Below, piece by piece: positions 9,277 to 18,119 of a stretch of 64,000 nucleotides of DNA (positions are counted from its first letter, which is position 1; each line of letters begins with the position of its first letter). Below the pieces are notes generated by a model that saw only the letters and a list, made by a program, of their open reading frames with translations, searched no databases and was not told the DNA's origin. The stretch covers positions 64,001-128,000 of IMG/VR virus record IMGVR_UViG_3300046779_001735, one strand, 5' to 3'. This stretch comes from a virus. The translations under genes were made by a program, and so were the position numbers.

Positions 9277-10210
9277 GTACTACTCCTAGCCATTGTTTTG
9301 CTATTGCTTGCGGACTATAATTATCAATAGTGTATTGTTGTCCGGATTGAATCTTTTGCAGAGTCTTACCAGGGTGTTCTTTTGCCCAGCGAATGCCTTG
9401 CATTGCATCCTGTTGCCAAGTCCAAGCATCAAACTCTAAATAACTGGCCAAGGGCGTTGTTATTACAAATCTACCACTCATCAAGCCATCAATTAATCGA
9501 TTGGCACTTTTAGTATCAGTTCTATAATTAGTATGTACCACCGGAATCAACACAATGTCTGTGTCTACTAGCAGTTGTCCTTGTAAATCCCAATTCCACT
9601 CTTGAAAATGCAGTCTATTAAAGTTCACGCCTGAAAAAACACCACGTTGTTGACGCTCCTGCATTTTGTGTTTGATACGATCAGCTTTGGCAGTGACCAT
9701 AGTGAATTGATAGTTTTTGATTTGTAATTCCAGTTGCTGCCAAAGTTCTACCCAAGGCACAAATTTTAAACTTGCACTGCTACCAAACCATAGCAAGTTA
9801 ATGTCGTTACCTGGAGCAAACTTTGGTTCTAACAGCGGGCGTTCAGCGGGATCGGGAATCACTGTGCTGTCACGTCCAGTGGTTTGACGAACACTTATTC
9901 CCATTTGTTCGCTATTGACTGTGATAGCATCGGCGGCAGCACAGCAAGGTTCGTATTCTTGTTTTTCATCAAACTTGTTGTCACATAGATCATAGATGGT
10001 ATGTGCACCAAGGCGCTTGGCTTCAAGGATGTCTGTGGGCTGCGAGTTTTTTAAGAATACAACAGTGGTGTCCGCATCAACTCCCTCAAGACTACGACCA
10101 CATGTGGCGTTGTATCCCATGCTAGCCAATGTGTTGGCCATAAGCTCACCACGCAGTCTATGGCTAGCACGTTTGTTCTTAAATCTACTGCTGAAAAATA
10201 CAATCTTCAT
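9269..10210 (-). CDS. GT-B glycosyltransferase (GT4-like)
   Basis: ASHRLR, YDLCD, LWFGS, DIVLIP and KSANRL...G..VITTP. Confidence 0.7.
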   Translation of the reverse strand: MKIVFFSSRFKNKRASHRLRGELMANTLASMGYNATCGRSLEGVDADTTVVFLKNSQPTDILEAKRLGAHTIYDLCDNKFDEKQEYEPCCAAADAITVNSEQMGISVRQTTGRDSTVIPDPAERPLLEPKFAPGNDINLLWFGSSASLKFVPWVELWQQLELQIKNYQFTMVTAKADRIKHKMQERQQRGVFSGVNFNRLHFQEWNWDLQGQLLVDTDIVLIPVVHTNYRTDTKSANRLIDGLMSGRFVITTPLASYLEFDAWTWQQDAMQGIRWAKEHPGKTLQKIQSGQQYTIDNYSPQAIAKQWLGVVRG

Positions 10211-10863
10211 TTAACGTTCCATCCCATAATCCAGTCATCTTTGACTTGATCTAGACGTACCATGCCCCATTCTTGTAGTAATCCAATAGCCGCATGTTGT
10301 TTGTATTGATCACTGTAGGCATCGTGCGGCTTTTGTTCTACAACCACAACAGGACGACATCTTAGAATAGTTTCTTTGGCGCCTTGTATAATACGATACT
10401 CAAACCCTTCGCAGTCCATCTTGATGTAATCAATGTTTTCATAGTTGTAATCGTCAAGTCTGCGTACCTCGGTATCACCGTTGCCAAAACTAGCAGGATC
10501 AATATGAGTATGACCCATGTTGTCCATGGTGATGTTCATGCGAGCAGTTGTGGCTTGATCGCCCAGCGCAATGGATTCAACTTGTAACTTGTTGCTGTTG
10601 ACATTTTTAGTCAAACAGTCACGAAATATCTCTACAGGTTCAAACGCAATTACTGATTGAAATCGTTCACATAGATCACGACTCCATAGCCCAACGTTGG
10701 CACCAATGTCCAAGGCCACTCTGAAATTTTTAACATACGTCAAACTGCGATCTCGCACTTGGTATTGATAACGTGCAGGGCCACCTTTGGCCACGCTTTT
10801 GTCTAGCATTTTTTGAAAATGTGTTTCACCTTCGGGAAACCACCAACCTCTGTGTTCTTTCAT
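10207..10863 (-). CDS. FkbM-family methyltransferase
   Basis: LDIGANVG, AFEP, IKMDCEGFE and RPVVVVE. Confidence 0.85.
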   Translation of the reverse strand: MKEHRGWWFPEGETHFQKMLDKSVAKGGPARYQYQVRDRSLTYVKNFRVALDIGANVGLWSRDLCERFQSVIAFEPVEIFRDCLTKNVNSNKLQVESIALGDQATTARMNITMDNMGHTHIDPASFGNGDTEVRRLDDYNYENIDYIKMDCEGFEYRIIQGAKETILRCRPVVVVEQKPHDAYSDQYKQHAAIGLLQEWGMVRLDQVKDDWIMGWNVK

Positions 10864-11663
10864 CTAGGCCACTCTTGTCTTATAATTGCTTCAGCAGTGC
10901 CATTGCCTAGTTCATTATTATGAAACTGTCCATAGGCAAGATGCCGACACCACTGTTGTACTAAATCCTCGTCTGGAAACCAAGGATCGTCAATTTTGGT
11001 AAAGTCTTTGTTGCTAACTGGCAGAGCAGCACTAACTGGCGCCCTTACAAATACTGGAACACCGGCCAGCACTGCTTCCACAGCAGCATTACTGTTATAG
11101 GTCACCACGGCGTGAACATCCGATAGCGCGGCACTGAAATCATTTACCAAACGTTTTTGCCGATTGGGATCACGTTGTCTAACTTCAATAGGTCGATCCG
11201 TGTGTGTTTTAATTGCACTGATAGTATCAGTTAGCCACTGTTCAAGTTCAATTCCGTATACCTGACAGGGTTTTACATCAGGTGCAGCTATTAATATTTT
11301 CTTGCCAGTTTTTTGGCGAGGATTTGGTTTTATGTTTAACCGTTCCCATCGGTCGCTTGGACGTTCAATTATTTCACTGTGTTGTATGTTGTCCGGGACC
11401 ACACGATGCCAGACTTTCCAGCCATGTGGATTCAGTGGATTGGGACGATTGCCAAAATAACCAGTGTCCATGTAAAGAAATGGTCTGGCATCTGTCCAGC
11501 AGCGTTTGTATATCTTGTGTTTAAGTATGCCGCGTAGAACCAACGGGTCTTGGTTACTATCGTAATTCCAACTTTCCAGCACAGTGGGAGCTTGTCTTGC
11601 GCCCTGGGCAAACAAATTGATATACTCGTCTACTCCACCTTTGCTAAGAAATATCCATTTCAT
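10860..11663 (-). CDS. KpsC/KpsS-like GT-B glycosyltransferase
   Basis: Start revised to MKWIFL (ATGA overlap). YMDTGYFGN and VTYNSNAAVEAVLAGVP. Paralog of the C-half of 1302..2948. Confidence 0.65.
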   Translation of the reverse strand: MKWIFLSKGGVDEYINLFAQGARQAPTVLESWNYDSNQDPLVLRGILKHKIYKRCWTDARPFLYMDTGYFGNRPNPLNPHGWKVWHRVVPDNIQHSEIIERPSDRWERLNIKPNPRQKTGKKILIAAPDVKPCQVYGIELEQWLTDTISAIKTHTDRPIEVRQRDPNRQKRLVNDFSAALSDVHAVVTYNSNAAVEAVLAGVPVFVRAPVSAALPVSNKDFTKIDDPWFPDEDLVQQWCRHLAYGQFHNNELGNGTAEAIIRQEWPR

Positions 11664-12505
11664 CGCAGATTCTGCCAATATGCTTCTGTTCGTTGAACTT
11701 TGATATCATGCTGTAGACTATGTCCGGCTTGCTTGCGATTGTCACCTTTGAGATGATCAAGATATGCACCCCATTCTGAGTTGATCAAGGGATGCCCTTC
11801 GCCTGGCGAATTAGCAGGACTACGACGTAGATCTCCCAGCCTTTCGCTCCAGTTCAATTCACGAAGCCCATCAATACGCTGGCGCACAGCATCAAACACA
11901 AAACTATCATGCCACTCGCCTAGAGTAAAAATTCCATTTTCAGCATCATTATACATGCGTTGGAATTCTTTTATGAATCTAGTGGTACCTTTGGTACCAA
12001 TCTGCATGGCATACAATCCGCATTCGCTAAACTTCCCAGGACGCCCAAGAAAACAAATATCTTTGTCTTCTGGGCACATTGTGTCTAAGAAAGTTTCATT
12101 TAACGAACTATGGCATACCATGTCAGCATCCATCCACAGTACCCATTGACTCTGAGCGTGCTTCACTGCATGAAACACCGCATAGACTTTGTGTGCAAAG
12201 CGCACAGCATCCCACTTGAATGATTTAGCATGATCTTTGCGTTGACCTCGTACAGGATCACCTGAGATATCTCCAGTGGCCTTGGGCACTGAACTCCAAC
12301 GATCTTTGAATGCCACTAAATCTGGGCAGGTTGATTCAAGATCCAGGATTTCTAGATTAGGTGCACGTTGTATGACCTCACAACGCTCCGCATACACCCG
12401 TAAACCTGTGCTCGAAGGCCAGGTAGCCAACCAGGTATCAATCATTCGATTGGCGTATAAGTTATATCCAGCTTGGTGGAAAGTGGTAATTACTTGATAT
12501 TTCAC
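11660..12505 (-). CDS. GT-A nucleotide-diphospho-sugar transferase
   Basis: Start revised to GTG at 12505, 5 nt after TAAATA. KWDAVRFAHKV, WMDAD (DxD), EWHDSFVFD and DHLKG. Confidence 0.7.
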   Translation of the reverse strand: MKYQVITTFHQAGYNLYANRMIDTWLATWPSSTGLRVYAERCEVIQRAPNLEILDLESTCPDLVAFKDRWSSVPKATGDISGDPVRGQRKDHAKSFKWDAVRFAHKVYAVFHAVKHAQSQWVLWMDADMVCHSSLNETFLDTMCPEDKDICFLGRPGKFSECGLYAMQIGTKGTTRFIKEFQRMYNDAENGIFTLGEWHDSFVFDAVRQRIDGLRELNWSERLGDLRRSPANSPGEGHPLINSEWGAYLDHLKGDNRKQAGHSLQHDIKVQRTEAYWQNLR

Positions 12506-12510
12506 AAGGA

Positions 12511-12516
12511 TATTTA
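12511..12516 (-). promoter_or_regulatory. Late promoter core TAAATA driving the leftward glycan operon
   Basis: Lies in the 11-bp gap between divergent genes, 5 nt before GTG 12505. Confidence 0.6.
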
Positions 12517-13362
12517 GTGATACGTACTCTTGCCTATTTTCAAAATCTCTGCGCTTTGAACAGTCGCGAGCCGTTGGCCGCTTTTCTACAGGGCGCACAA
12601 TCACATGGGATTCAGCCCTTGCCGGATAGCATGGATGCAGATGCGGCTGTGATATGGTCAGTCTTATGGTCTGGTCGTATGCGCGGTAACCGAGAAGTAT
12701 TTCAACATTATAGATCGCAGCTGAAACCTGTGATAGTGATAGATGTTGGTGCTCTGGTTAGAAACGTCACATGGAAGGTAGCGGTTAATCATGTAACTGC
12801 GCAGGGCGCCTACGGGCATACTCATACGCTTGATTTTGATAGACCAAAAAAACTTGGTATTGCACAACACAATGTTCAACCTGGATCACCTGCTGTTTTA
12901 ATATGCAGTCAGCATGCTCAAAGTCTGCAGATGCAAAACTTTGCCAAGATTGAAGACTGGGTAAATCTTGCTGTGGCTCGTGTCAAACAACACACTGATC
13001 GACCCGTGATTATCAGGCCACATCCAAGGAGTTTACTGCGTATGAATTTCCTCACGCCCGGAATTGATATACAAGATCCACATAAACTGCCAAACACCTA
13101 TGATAGTTTTGATCTTAGATTTAACTATCATGCTATTGTTAATCATAATTCTGGCCCCGGCATTCAAGCAGCAATTAGGGGATGCAGGCCTGTGGTTGAC
13201 AGCACAAGCCTAGCCTATCCAGTGAGTGTGCAACCGGAACAACTTGAGCAGCCCTATACAGTTGATCGTGATCAATGGCTGGTAGAAATCTGTCACACTG
13301 AATACACAGTGCCTGAACTACAAGCAGGAACCTGGGTAACTAGACTAGCTGAATTTTTATGA
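12517..13362 (+). CDS. KpsC/KpsS-like glycosyltransferase
   Basis: LICSQ...IRPHPR...VNHNSGPGIQAAIRG. Paralog of 2938..3837. Confidence 0.6.
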   Translation: MIRTLAYFQNLCALNSREPLAAFLQGAQSHGIQPLPDSMDADAAVIWSVLWSGRMRGNREVFQHYRSQLKPVIVIDVGALVRNVTWKVAVNHVTAQGAYGHTHTLDFDRPKKLGIAQHNVQPGSPAVLICSQHAQSLQMQNFAKIEDWVNLAVARVKQHTDRPVIIRPHPRSLLRMNFLTPGIDIQDPHKLPNTYDSFDLRFNYHAIVNHNSGPGIQAAIRGCRPVVDSTSLAYPVSVQPEQLEQPYTVDRDQWLVEICHTEYTVPELQAGTWVTRLAEFL

Positions 13363-14252
13363 CCGACAAACATGCAAAAAGACTAAGACGAGCAGTAGAG
13401 TATGAACTCCGACAACAGGATCAACAAAGAGAAGCTCGTGCGTTGCTCAAAGCACAAAAACGTTTGCAAAAAATACATGCACACAAAGAAAAAACACCAA
13501 CCCCGGCATTAGAGGAGCCCACACCAGCACCATTGATTGGTCCTCTACATGTGGCCTGCTTGATTCATGGGCAAGCCTATGACTGGATGTATGTAGAGCG
13601 ACTTTACAATTCTGTGCGTAGAAACACCACATACGAGATTGTGTTTCATGTGTTTACAGAATACTCACGTGAAGTGCCATCACACATGATTAAACACAAT
13701 TTGGTTGAATGGGCCGATGTACATGGCCCACGAAAGAGTTGGTGGTACAAAATGCAGATCTATAATCCAGCTCATCACAGCGGCCCATTGTTGTATTTTG
13801 ACCTAGACACAGTTATATTGAAAAATATTGACTGGATCGCTAAACTGCCCATACGATATTTTTGGGCTAGTAAGGATTTTAGGCATCTTTGGCGTCCAAA
13901 TCACAGAGGCATTAATAGTAGTGTGATGTGGTGGGACACGCAGCGATTTGATTGGATGTATCAAGAATTTGAAAAACGCAACATCTATCATCTCATGAAA
14001 CAATATCAAGGTGATCAAGACTATGCCAGCGAGCTGCTTACAGACCGAGATCTTCGCTATTTTCCGCCAAACTACACAGCCAGTTGGCGCTGGCAGTGTC
14101 TAGATGGTGGCATGGATTTTAGGACAAAAAAATACCGAGCGCCCAACACAGGCACACAGGTTGATCCCCAGACATCTATATTGATATTTCACGGATCACC
14201 CAAGCCCCATGAGCTATTGCATGATAGAGTGGTCAAGAACTTCTGGCAGTGA
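13359..14252 (+). CDS. GT-A (GT8-like) glycosyltransferase with a charged N-terminal extension
   Basis: WWYKMQ, YFDLDTVI, INSSVMWW, GDQDY and FHGSPKPH. Confidence 0.75.
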   Translation: MTDKHAKRLRRAVEYELRQQDQQREARALLKAQKRLQKIHAHKEKTPTPALEEPTPAPLIGPLHVACLIHGQAYDWMYVERLYNSVRRNTTYEIVFHVFTEYSREVPSHMIKHNLVEWADVHGPRKSWWYKMQIYNPAHHSGPLLYFDLDTVILKNIDWIAKLPIRYFWASKDFRHLWRPNHRGINSSVMWWDTQRFDWMYQEFEKRNIYHLMKQYQGDQDYASELLTDRDLRYFPPNYTASWRWQCLDGGMDFRTKKYRAPNTGTQVDPQTSILIFHGSPKPHELLHDRVVKNFWQ

Positions 14253-14275
14253 TAAATATACTAGATATTTCAAAT

Positions 14276-14908
14276 ATGCACACACGCACTCTAACATTTA
14301 CCGGGTACAAACTTGGAACTAACAATGCTGAAATTACAGTGAGTTTTGATGGTGAAACTGTGTTTTCTGGCAGTGTAACCAATGACAGTTTGGGAACCAT
14401 TTTTACTCATACCATCCCAGTTACAAGTGTAGATTTGGCAGATTTTTCAAATCCTGGATCTGCAAACATCATCCCCATAATTACTTCTAGTCACACTGTT
14501 AGAGTAACGTGTACTCAAGGAAGCATCGCGCTTGAAACTGTTACAAGTCCTGCGCTTAACGAGACAGATAACTTTAGTGTGATTCCTGATCCACTTTGGT
14601 TTGTTGAAACTTATTCTATAATTCATGGGCAGGAGCATGATAGAACAGCACCTTTGCCGCCGGCGCCACGTGAGGCCACTGTTGATCCAAAGTATCATGT
14701 AACTCTTGATGGATCTGCTGTAAATAATCAGGTAACGTCCAACGACAATGGGCTATATACTCAAACTATTCCCACTAATTCTACATTAGAATTTAAGATC
14801 ATGATCAGGAATCTAATTGCATTTAAAGAACCAGGTTTTATACCGCCAATGGTCCTGTGGCAGCAATTAGAAAAACCGCTTAGAGGAGAAACATATGGCG
14901 ACCAGTAG
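14276..14908 (+). CDS. Hypothetical beta-rich late protein, possibly structural
   Basis: TAAATA at 14253-14258. Start revised to MHTRTLTF. Tandem paralog of 14895..15401 (RTL.F.GYKLG...A.ITV). Confidence 0.7.
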   Translation: MHTRTLTFTGYKLGTNNAEITVSFDGETVFSGSVTNDSLGTIFTHTIPVTSVDLADFSNPGSANIIPIITSSHTVRVTCTQGSIALETVTSPALNETDNFSVIPDPLWFVETYSIIHGQEHDRTAPLPPAPREATVDPKYHVTLDGSAVNNQVTSNDNGLYTQTIPTNSTLEFKIMIRNLIAFKEPGFIPPMVLWQQLEKPLRGETYGDQ

Positions 14909-15401
14909 AACACTTTCATTTCGTGGATACAAATTAGGTTTAGACACAGCCACAATCACTGTTACAATCAATGGACAGCAGATATACTCTGGTCCTGTTA
15001 ACAATGACACAGACGCTGAAATTTTTAGCTACATTGTACCTGTTACCGAAATAACCTCTGCGCAGATTCCGCAGGAAATGACCAATGACATCATTCCAGT
15101 GATCACTACAGAATACGCCGTGGTGGTAGAATGCACAGCTGGAACCATGAGAGTAAGTGATGTTAGAACTCCAAGACTGGATGCATTTGATGAACTGCCT
15201 TTGATTCTGGATGGTGATAATTATGGATTTCCCGGACAGCCGGCCACTAATTTTGACAGCAAATATGATGTACATTTAAACCTACAACCAATCACTGTGG
15301 AACGTTTGGAACAGGCCACTGGTGGGTGGCATCATACTGTGGCAGCAGGCAACAGACTCAGCTTCAAAATCAGGGTGATGAATCACGTGCAAATTTCGTA
15401 A
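14895..15401 (+). CDS. Hypothetical beta-rich protein, paralog of the upstream gene
   Basis: AGGAG RBS. Shares N-terminal and IIP.IT motifs with the upstream gene. Confidence 0.75.
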   Translation: MATSRTLSFRGYKLGLDTATITVTINGQQIYSGPVNNDTDAEIFSYIVPVTEITSAQIPQEMTNDIIPVITTEYAVVVECTAGTMRVSDVRTPRLDAFDELPLILDGDNYGFPGQPATNFDSKYDVHLNLQPITVERLEQATGGWHHTVAAGNRLSFKIRVMNHVQIS

Positions 15402-15419
15402 CATTGTTGATTTGTTAAC

Positions 15420-15447
15420 AAAAACCCTGCTTTTGTGCAGGGTTTTT
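15420..15447. terminator. Intrinsic terminator, potentially bidirectional
   Basis: AAAAACCCTGC-TTTTGT-GCAGGGTTTTT. Confidence 0.85.
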
Positions 15448-15448
15448 C

Positions 15449-15481
15449 ATGGTTGACCAATAATACCCAATTCGCTATAAT
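15449..15481 (+). promoter_or_regulatory. Sigma70-type early promoter
   Basis: TTGACC (15453-58), 17-bp spacer, TATAAT (15476-81). ATGGTTGACCAATAA is identical to the promoter at 50941. Confidence 0.85.
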
Positions 15482-15512
15482 ACTGACATACTAACAAAAC
15501 GGAGCAAAAGCA

Positions 15513-16532
15513 ATGTCTACTATTTTAGTTCGCAGCGGTGTGTACCGCAATCAGCCTGTAGTCAACCAAATCTTTACGCTGGTAAAGGGTTTCCAAAGTG
15601 GTCGCAAGGGCGGCTATGTTACAGTAAAATCAGACGGCGTGTTTGGCCCAGAATTTGATGTTGTAAGAATTCGGGTAAACGGAATTGACAGTATTGAATA
15701 CACCGCAGGAGAACCCGTGAGTAGTAATGTATTGGAAATGCCCAAAAGCACCAAGGTAGAGACCGACGAAGAAGTCATGGATCGCATTGAACAGCGTTTC
15801 AATATCCTAGACGACATGACCAAGGCCGCGATAAACGGTGACATACGTGCTATGATTGTACAAGGTCCTCCAGGTGTTGGTAAATCTTATGGTGTTGAGT
15901 TCCAATTAGAAAAGGCCGGCTTATTTGACAAAATGAGCGGCCGCAAGATCAAGTACGAAGTGATCAAAGGCGCTATGACGCCAATTGGCCTGTATGCAAC
16001 ATTGTACCGACACAGTGACCCCAAGAATGTCTTGGTGTTTGATGACTGCGACAGTATTCTGCTTGATGACCTGGCGCTGAACATTCTCAAGGCTGCATTG
16101 GATTCGGGCAAAAAACGTCGTATCCACTGGAATGCTGACTCTGCTCTGCTGCGTCGTGAAGGCATACCAGACAGTTTTGACTTCAAAGGTTCGGTAATTT
16201 TTATTACTAATCTTAAGTTCAACAACATCAAGTCTAAGAAACTGCAAGACCATTTAGAGGCATTACAGAGTCGCTGTCACTTCCTGGATCTCACACTAGA
16301 CACAACACGTGACAAGATCCTGCGTATTAGACAGATCTTTCGCAAGGGCGACTTGTTCCAGGACTACAATTTGACATCCGAACAAGGTGAACAAATTGTG
16401 CAGTTTATGCAAGACAATCATGCTAGACTGCGCGAAATAAGTCTGCGCATGGCGCTGAAGCTTGCGGATCTTACCAAGATATCCAGCAACTGGCAACAGT
16501 TGGCTGAGAGCACTTGCATGCGTCACAGTTGA
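15513..16532 (+). CDS. AAA+/P-loop ATPase, early gene
   Basis: Walker A GPPGVGKS, Walker B VLVFDD, sensor IFITN and Arg finger ALQSR. RBS GGAG. Confidence 0.85.
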   Translation: MSTILVRSGVYRNQPVVNQIFTLVKGFQSGRKGGYVTVKSDGVFGPEFDVVRIRVNGIDSIEYTAGEPVSSNVLEMPKSTKVETDEEVMDRIEQRFNILDDMTKAAINGDIRAMIVQGPPGVGKSYGVEFQLEKAGLFDKMSGRKIKYEVIKGAMTPIGLYATLYRHSDPKNVLVFDDCDSILLDDLALNILKAALDSGKKRRIHWNADSALLRREGIPDSFDFKGSVIFITNLKFNNIKSKKLQDHLEALQSRCHFLDLTLDTTRDKILRIRQIFRKGDLFQDYNLTSEQGEQIVQFMQDNHARLREISLRMALKLADLTKISSNWQQLAESTCMRHS

Positions 16533-16590
16533 TTGCTCCGTGGGACTCCAGTCCCACATGATTGGGCCCTTGCTCCGGTCCAATCTTTTT
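16533..16590 (+). ncRNA. Structured 3'UTR or candidate sRNA with anti-SD (CUCC) motifs
   Basis: Hairpins GTGGGAC-TCCA-GTCCCAC and GATTGGGCC-CTTGCTCC-GGTCCAATC. TTGCTCCG occurs twice. Confidence 0.5.
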
Positions 16591-16619
16591 AATAGGCACT
16601 GAATGGTGCCTATTTTTTT
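16591..16619 (+). terminator. Intrinsic terminator
   Basis: AATAGGCAC-TGAATG-GTGCCTATT followed by a T run. Confidence 0.85.
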
Positions 16620-16646
16620 GACTTGTGTAAATAAGCGTCATACAAT
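16618..16646 (+). promoter_or_regulatory. Sigma70-type promoter positioned to give a leaderless uvsW mRNA; TAAATA in its spacer
   Basis: TTGACT, 17-bp spacer, TACAAT. ATG lies 6 nt after the -10 box. Confidence 0.7.
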
Positions 16647-16652
16647 AGCACA

Positions 16653-18119
16653 ATGCCACAAGCCAAACTAATCATACGCGACGAAGTTAATGTCAAGATT
16701 GAAGGACTAGAACTTGATGCAAAACGCACTCTAGTCAACAAATTCAAATACGATGTGCCCTATGCTAGATATTTGCCAGCTGTAAGGCTAGGACGCTGGG
16801 ACGGCAAGATTGCTTATTTTCAACTAGGCGGCAGTACCTATGTGAATCTACTGCCTGACATCATTCCTGTTCTTGATGAAATGGGTTATGATTTTGAACT
16901 TGATGATCAACGAGAGTATCGTAGAGATTTTGAGTTCGAACGAGTCAATGAAAACACATTTGCGGAATTGACATGGCCTCGCGGACACCCGCAAGCCGGA
17001 CAACCAATACTGCTGCGCGACTATCAAGTTAGTATTATCAATGATTTTTTAACCAATCCGCAGTGTTTGCAAGAAGTAGCCACTGGTGCAGGTAAAACTA
17101 TCATGACCGCGGCTCTGAGTTATTCTGTGTCACCGTATGGGCGCAGCATTATTATTGTGCCCAACAAAAGCCTGGTTACACAAACTGAAAAAGACTATGT
17201 AAATCTTGGACTAGACGTTGGTGTGTACTTTGGAGACCGTAAAGAATTTGGACGTCAACACACTATCTGTACATGGCAAAGTCTCAATGTGCTGTTTAAA
17301 AATACCAAGAACTCTGTAGGCGATGTTACTATACAAGAATTTATTGAAGATGTTGTGTGCGTTATTGTGGACGAAGTACACATGGCCAAAGCAGACGCAC
17401 TGAAAACTCTGCTCACAGGTGTTATGAGTCGCATACCCATACGCTGGGGACTCACAGGCACCATTCCCAAGGAACAGTTTGAAAGTCAAGCACTAAAAGT
17501 CAGTATTGGTCCTATTGTGAGTCACTTGGCTGCTGCTGAACTACAAGAACGTGGTGTGCTGGCACAGTGTCATGTTAACATTGTGCAATTAGTTGATCAT
17601 GTTGAGTACAACAATTATCAAAGCGAATTAAAATATTTGCTAGAAGAATCAGGAAGATTGAATGCTATTGCCAACTTGGTTGCACAGATCAAACAAACTG
17701 GCAACACTCTTATTCTTGTTGATCGCATCGCAGCAGGGCAGGAACTGGTAAATAGATTGCCCAATGCAGTTTTTATTTCAGGGTCCACCAAAGCCGGGGA
17801 CAGACAGGAACATTATGACGAAGTGGCAGAGGCAACAGACAAAATCATCGTCGCTACCTACGGCGTTGCTGCTGTTGGTATCAATATTCCCCGCATTTTT
17901 AATCTTGTTTTACTTGAGCCTGGTAAATCTTTTGTACGAGTTATACAAAGCATTGGGCGGGGAATACGTCGAGCAGAGGACAAAGACTTTGTACAGATCT
18001 GGGACATCACGTCCACCTGCAAGTTCGCCAAACGACATCTAACCAAGCGCAAGGCCTACTATAAGGATGCTCGCTATCCTTTCACACACGAAAAACACGA
18101 ATGGATGACAATAAAATGA
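16653..18119 (+). CDS. uvsW: UvsW-like SF2 DNA helicase
   Basis: LRDYQ, TGAGKT, DEVH, LTGT, GINIP and QSIGRGIR. Confidence 0.9.
   Translation: MPQAKLIIRDEVNVKIEGLELDAKRTLVNKFKYDVPYARYLPAVRLGRWDGKIAYFQLGGSTYVNLLPDIIPVLDEMGYDFELDDQREYRRDFEFERVNENTFAELTWPRGHPQAGQPILLRDYQVSIINDFLTNPQCLQEVATGAGKTIMTAALSYSVSPYGRSIIIVPNKSLVTQTEKDYVNLGLDVGVYFGDRKEFGRQHTICTWQSLNVLFKNTKNSVGDVTIQEFIEDVVCVIVDEVHMAKADALKTLLTGVMSRIPIRWGLTGTIPKEQFESQALKVSIGPIVSHLAAAELQERGVLAQCHVNIVQLVDHVEYNNYQSELKYLLEESGRLNAIANLVAQIKQTGNTLILVDRIAAGQELVNRLPNAVFISGSTKAGDRQEHYDEVAEATDKIIVATYGVAAVGINIPRIFNLVLLEPGKSFVRVIQSIGRGIRRAEDKDFVQIWDITSTCKFAKRHLTKRKAYYKDARYPFTHEKHEWMTIK

Noticed and set aside
12506-12604. Longer N-terminus of the ORF listed as 11660..12604
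   Set aside because: It would overlap the divergent gene at 12517. GTG 12505 just after TAAATA is the better start.
16531-16590. Minus-strand reading as a CsrA/RsmA sponge (GGA in hairpin loops)
   Set aside because: Only one ANGGA fits the consensus, no minus-strand promoter is evident, and the G-U pair and T runs favour the plus strand. Not fully excluded.
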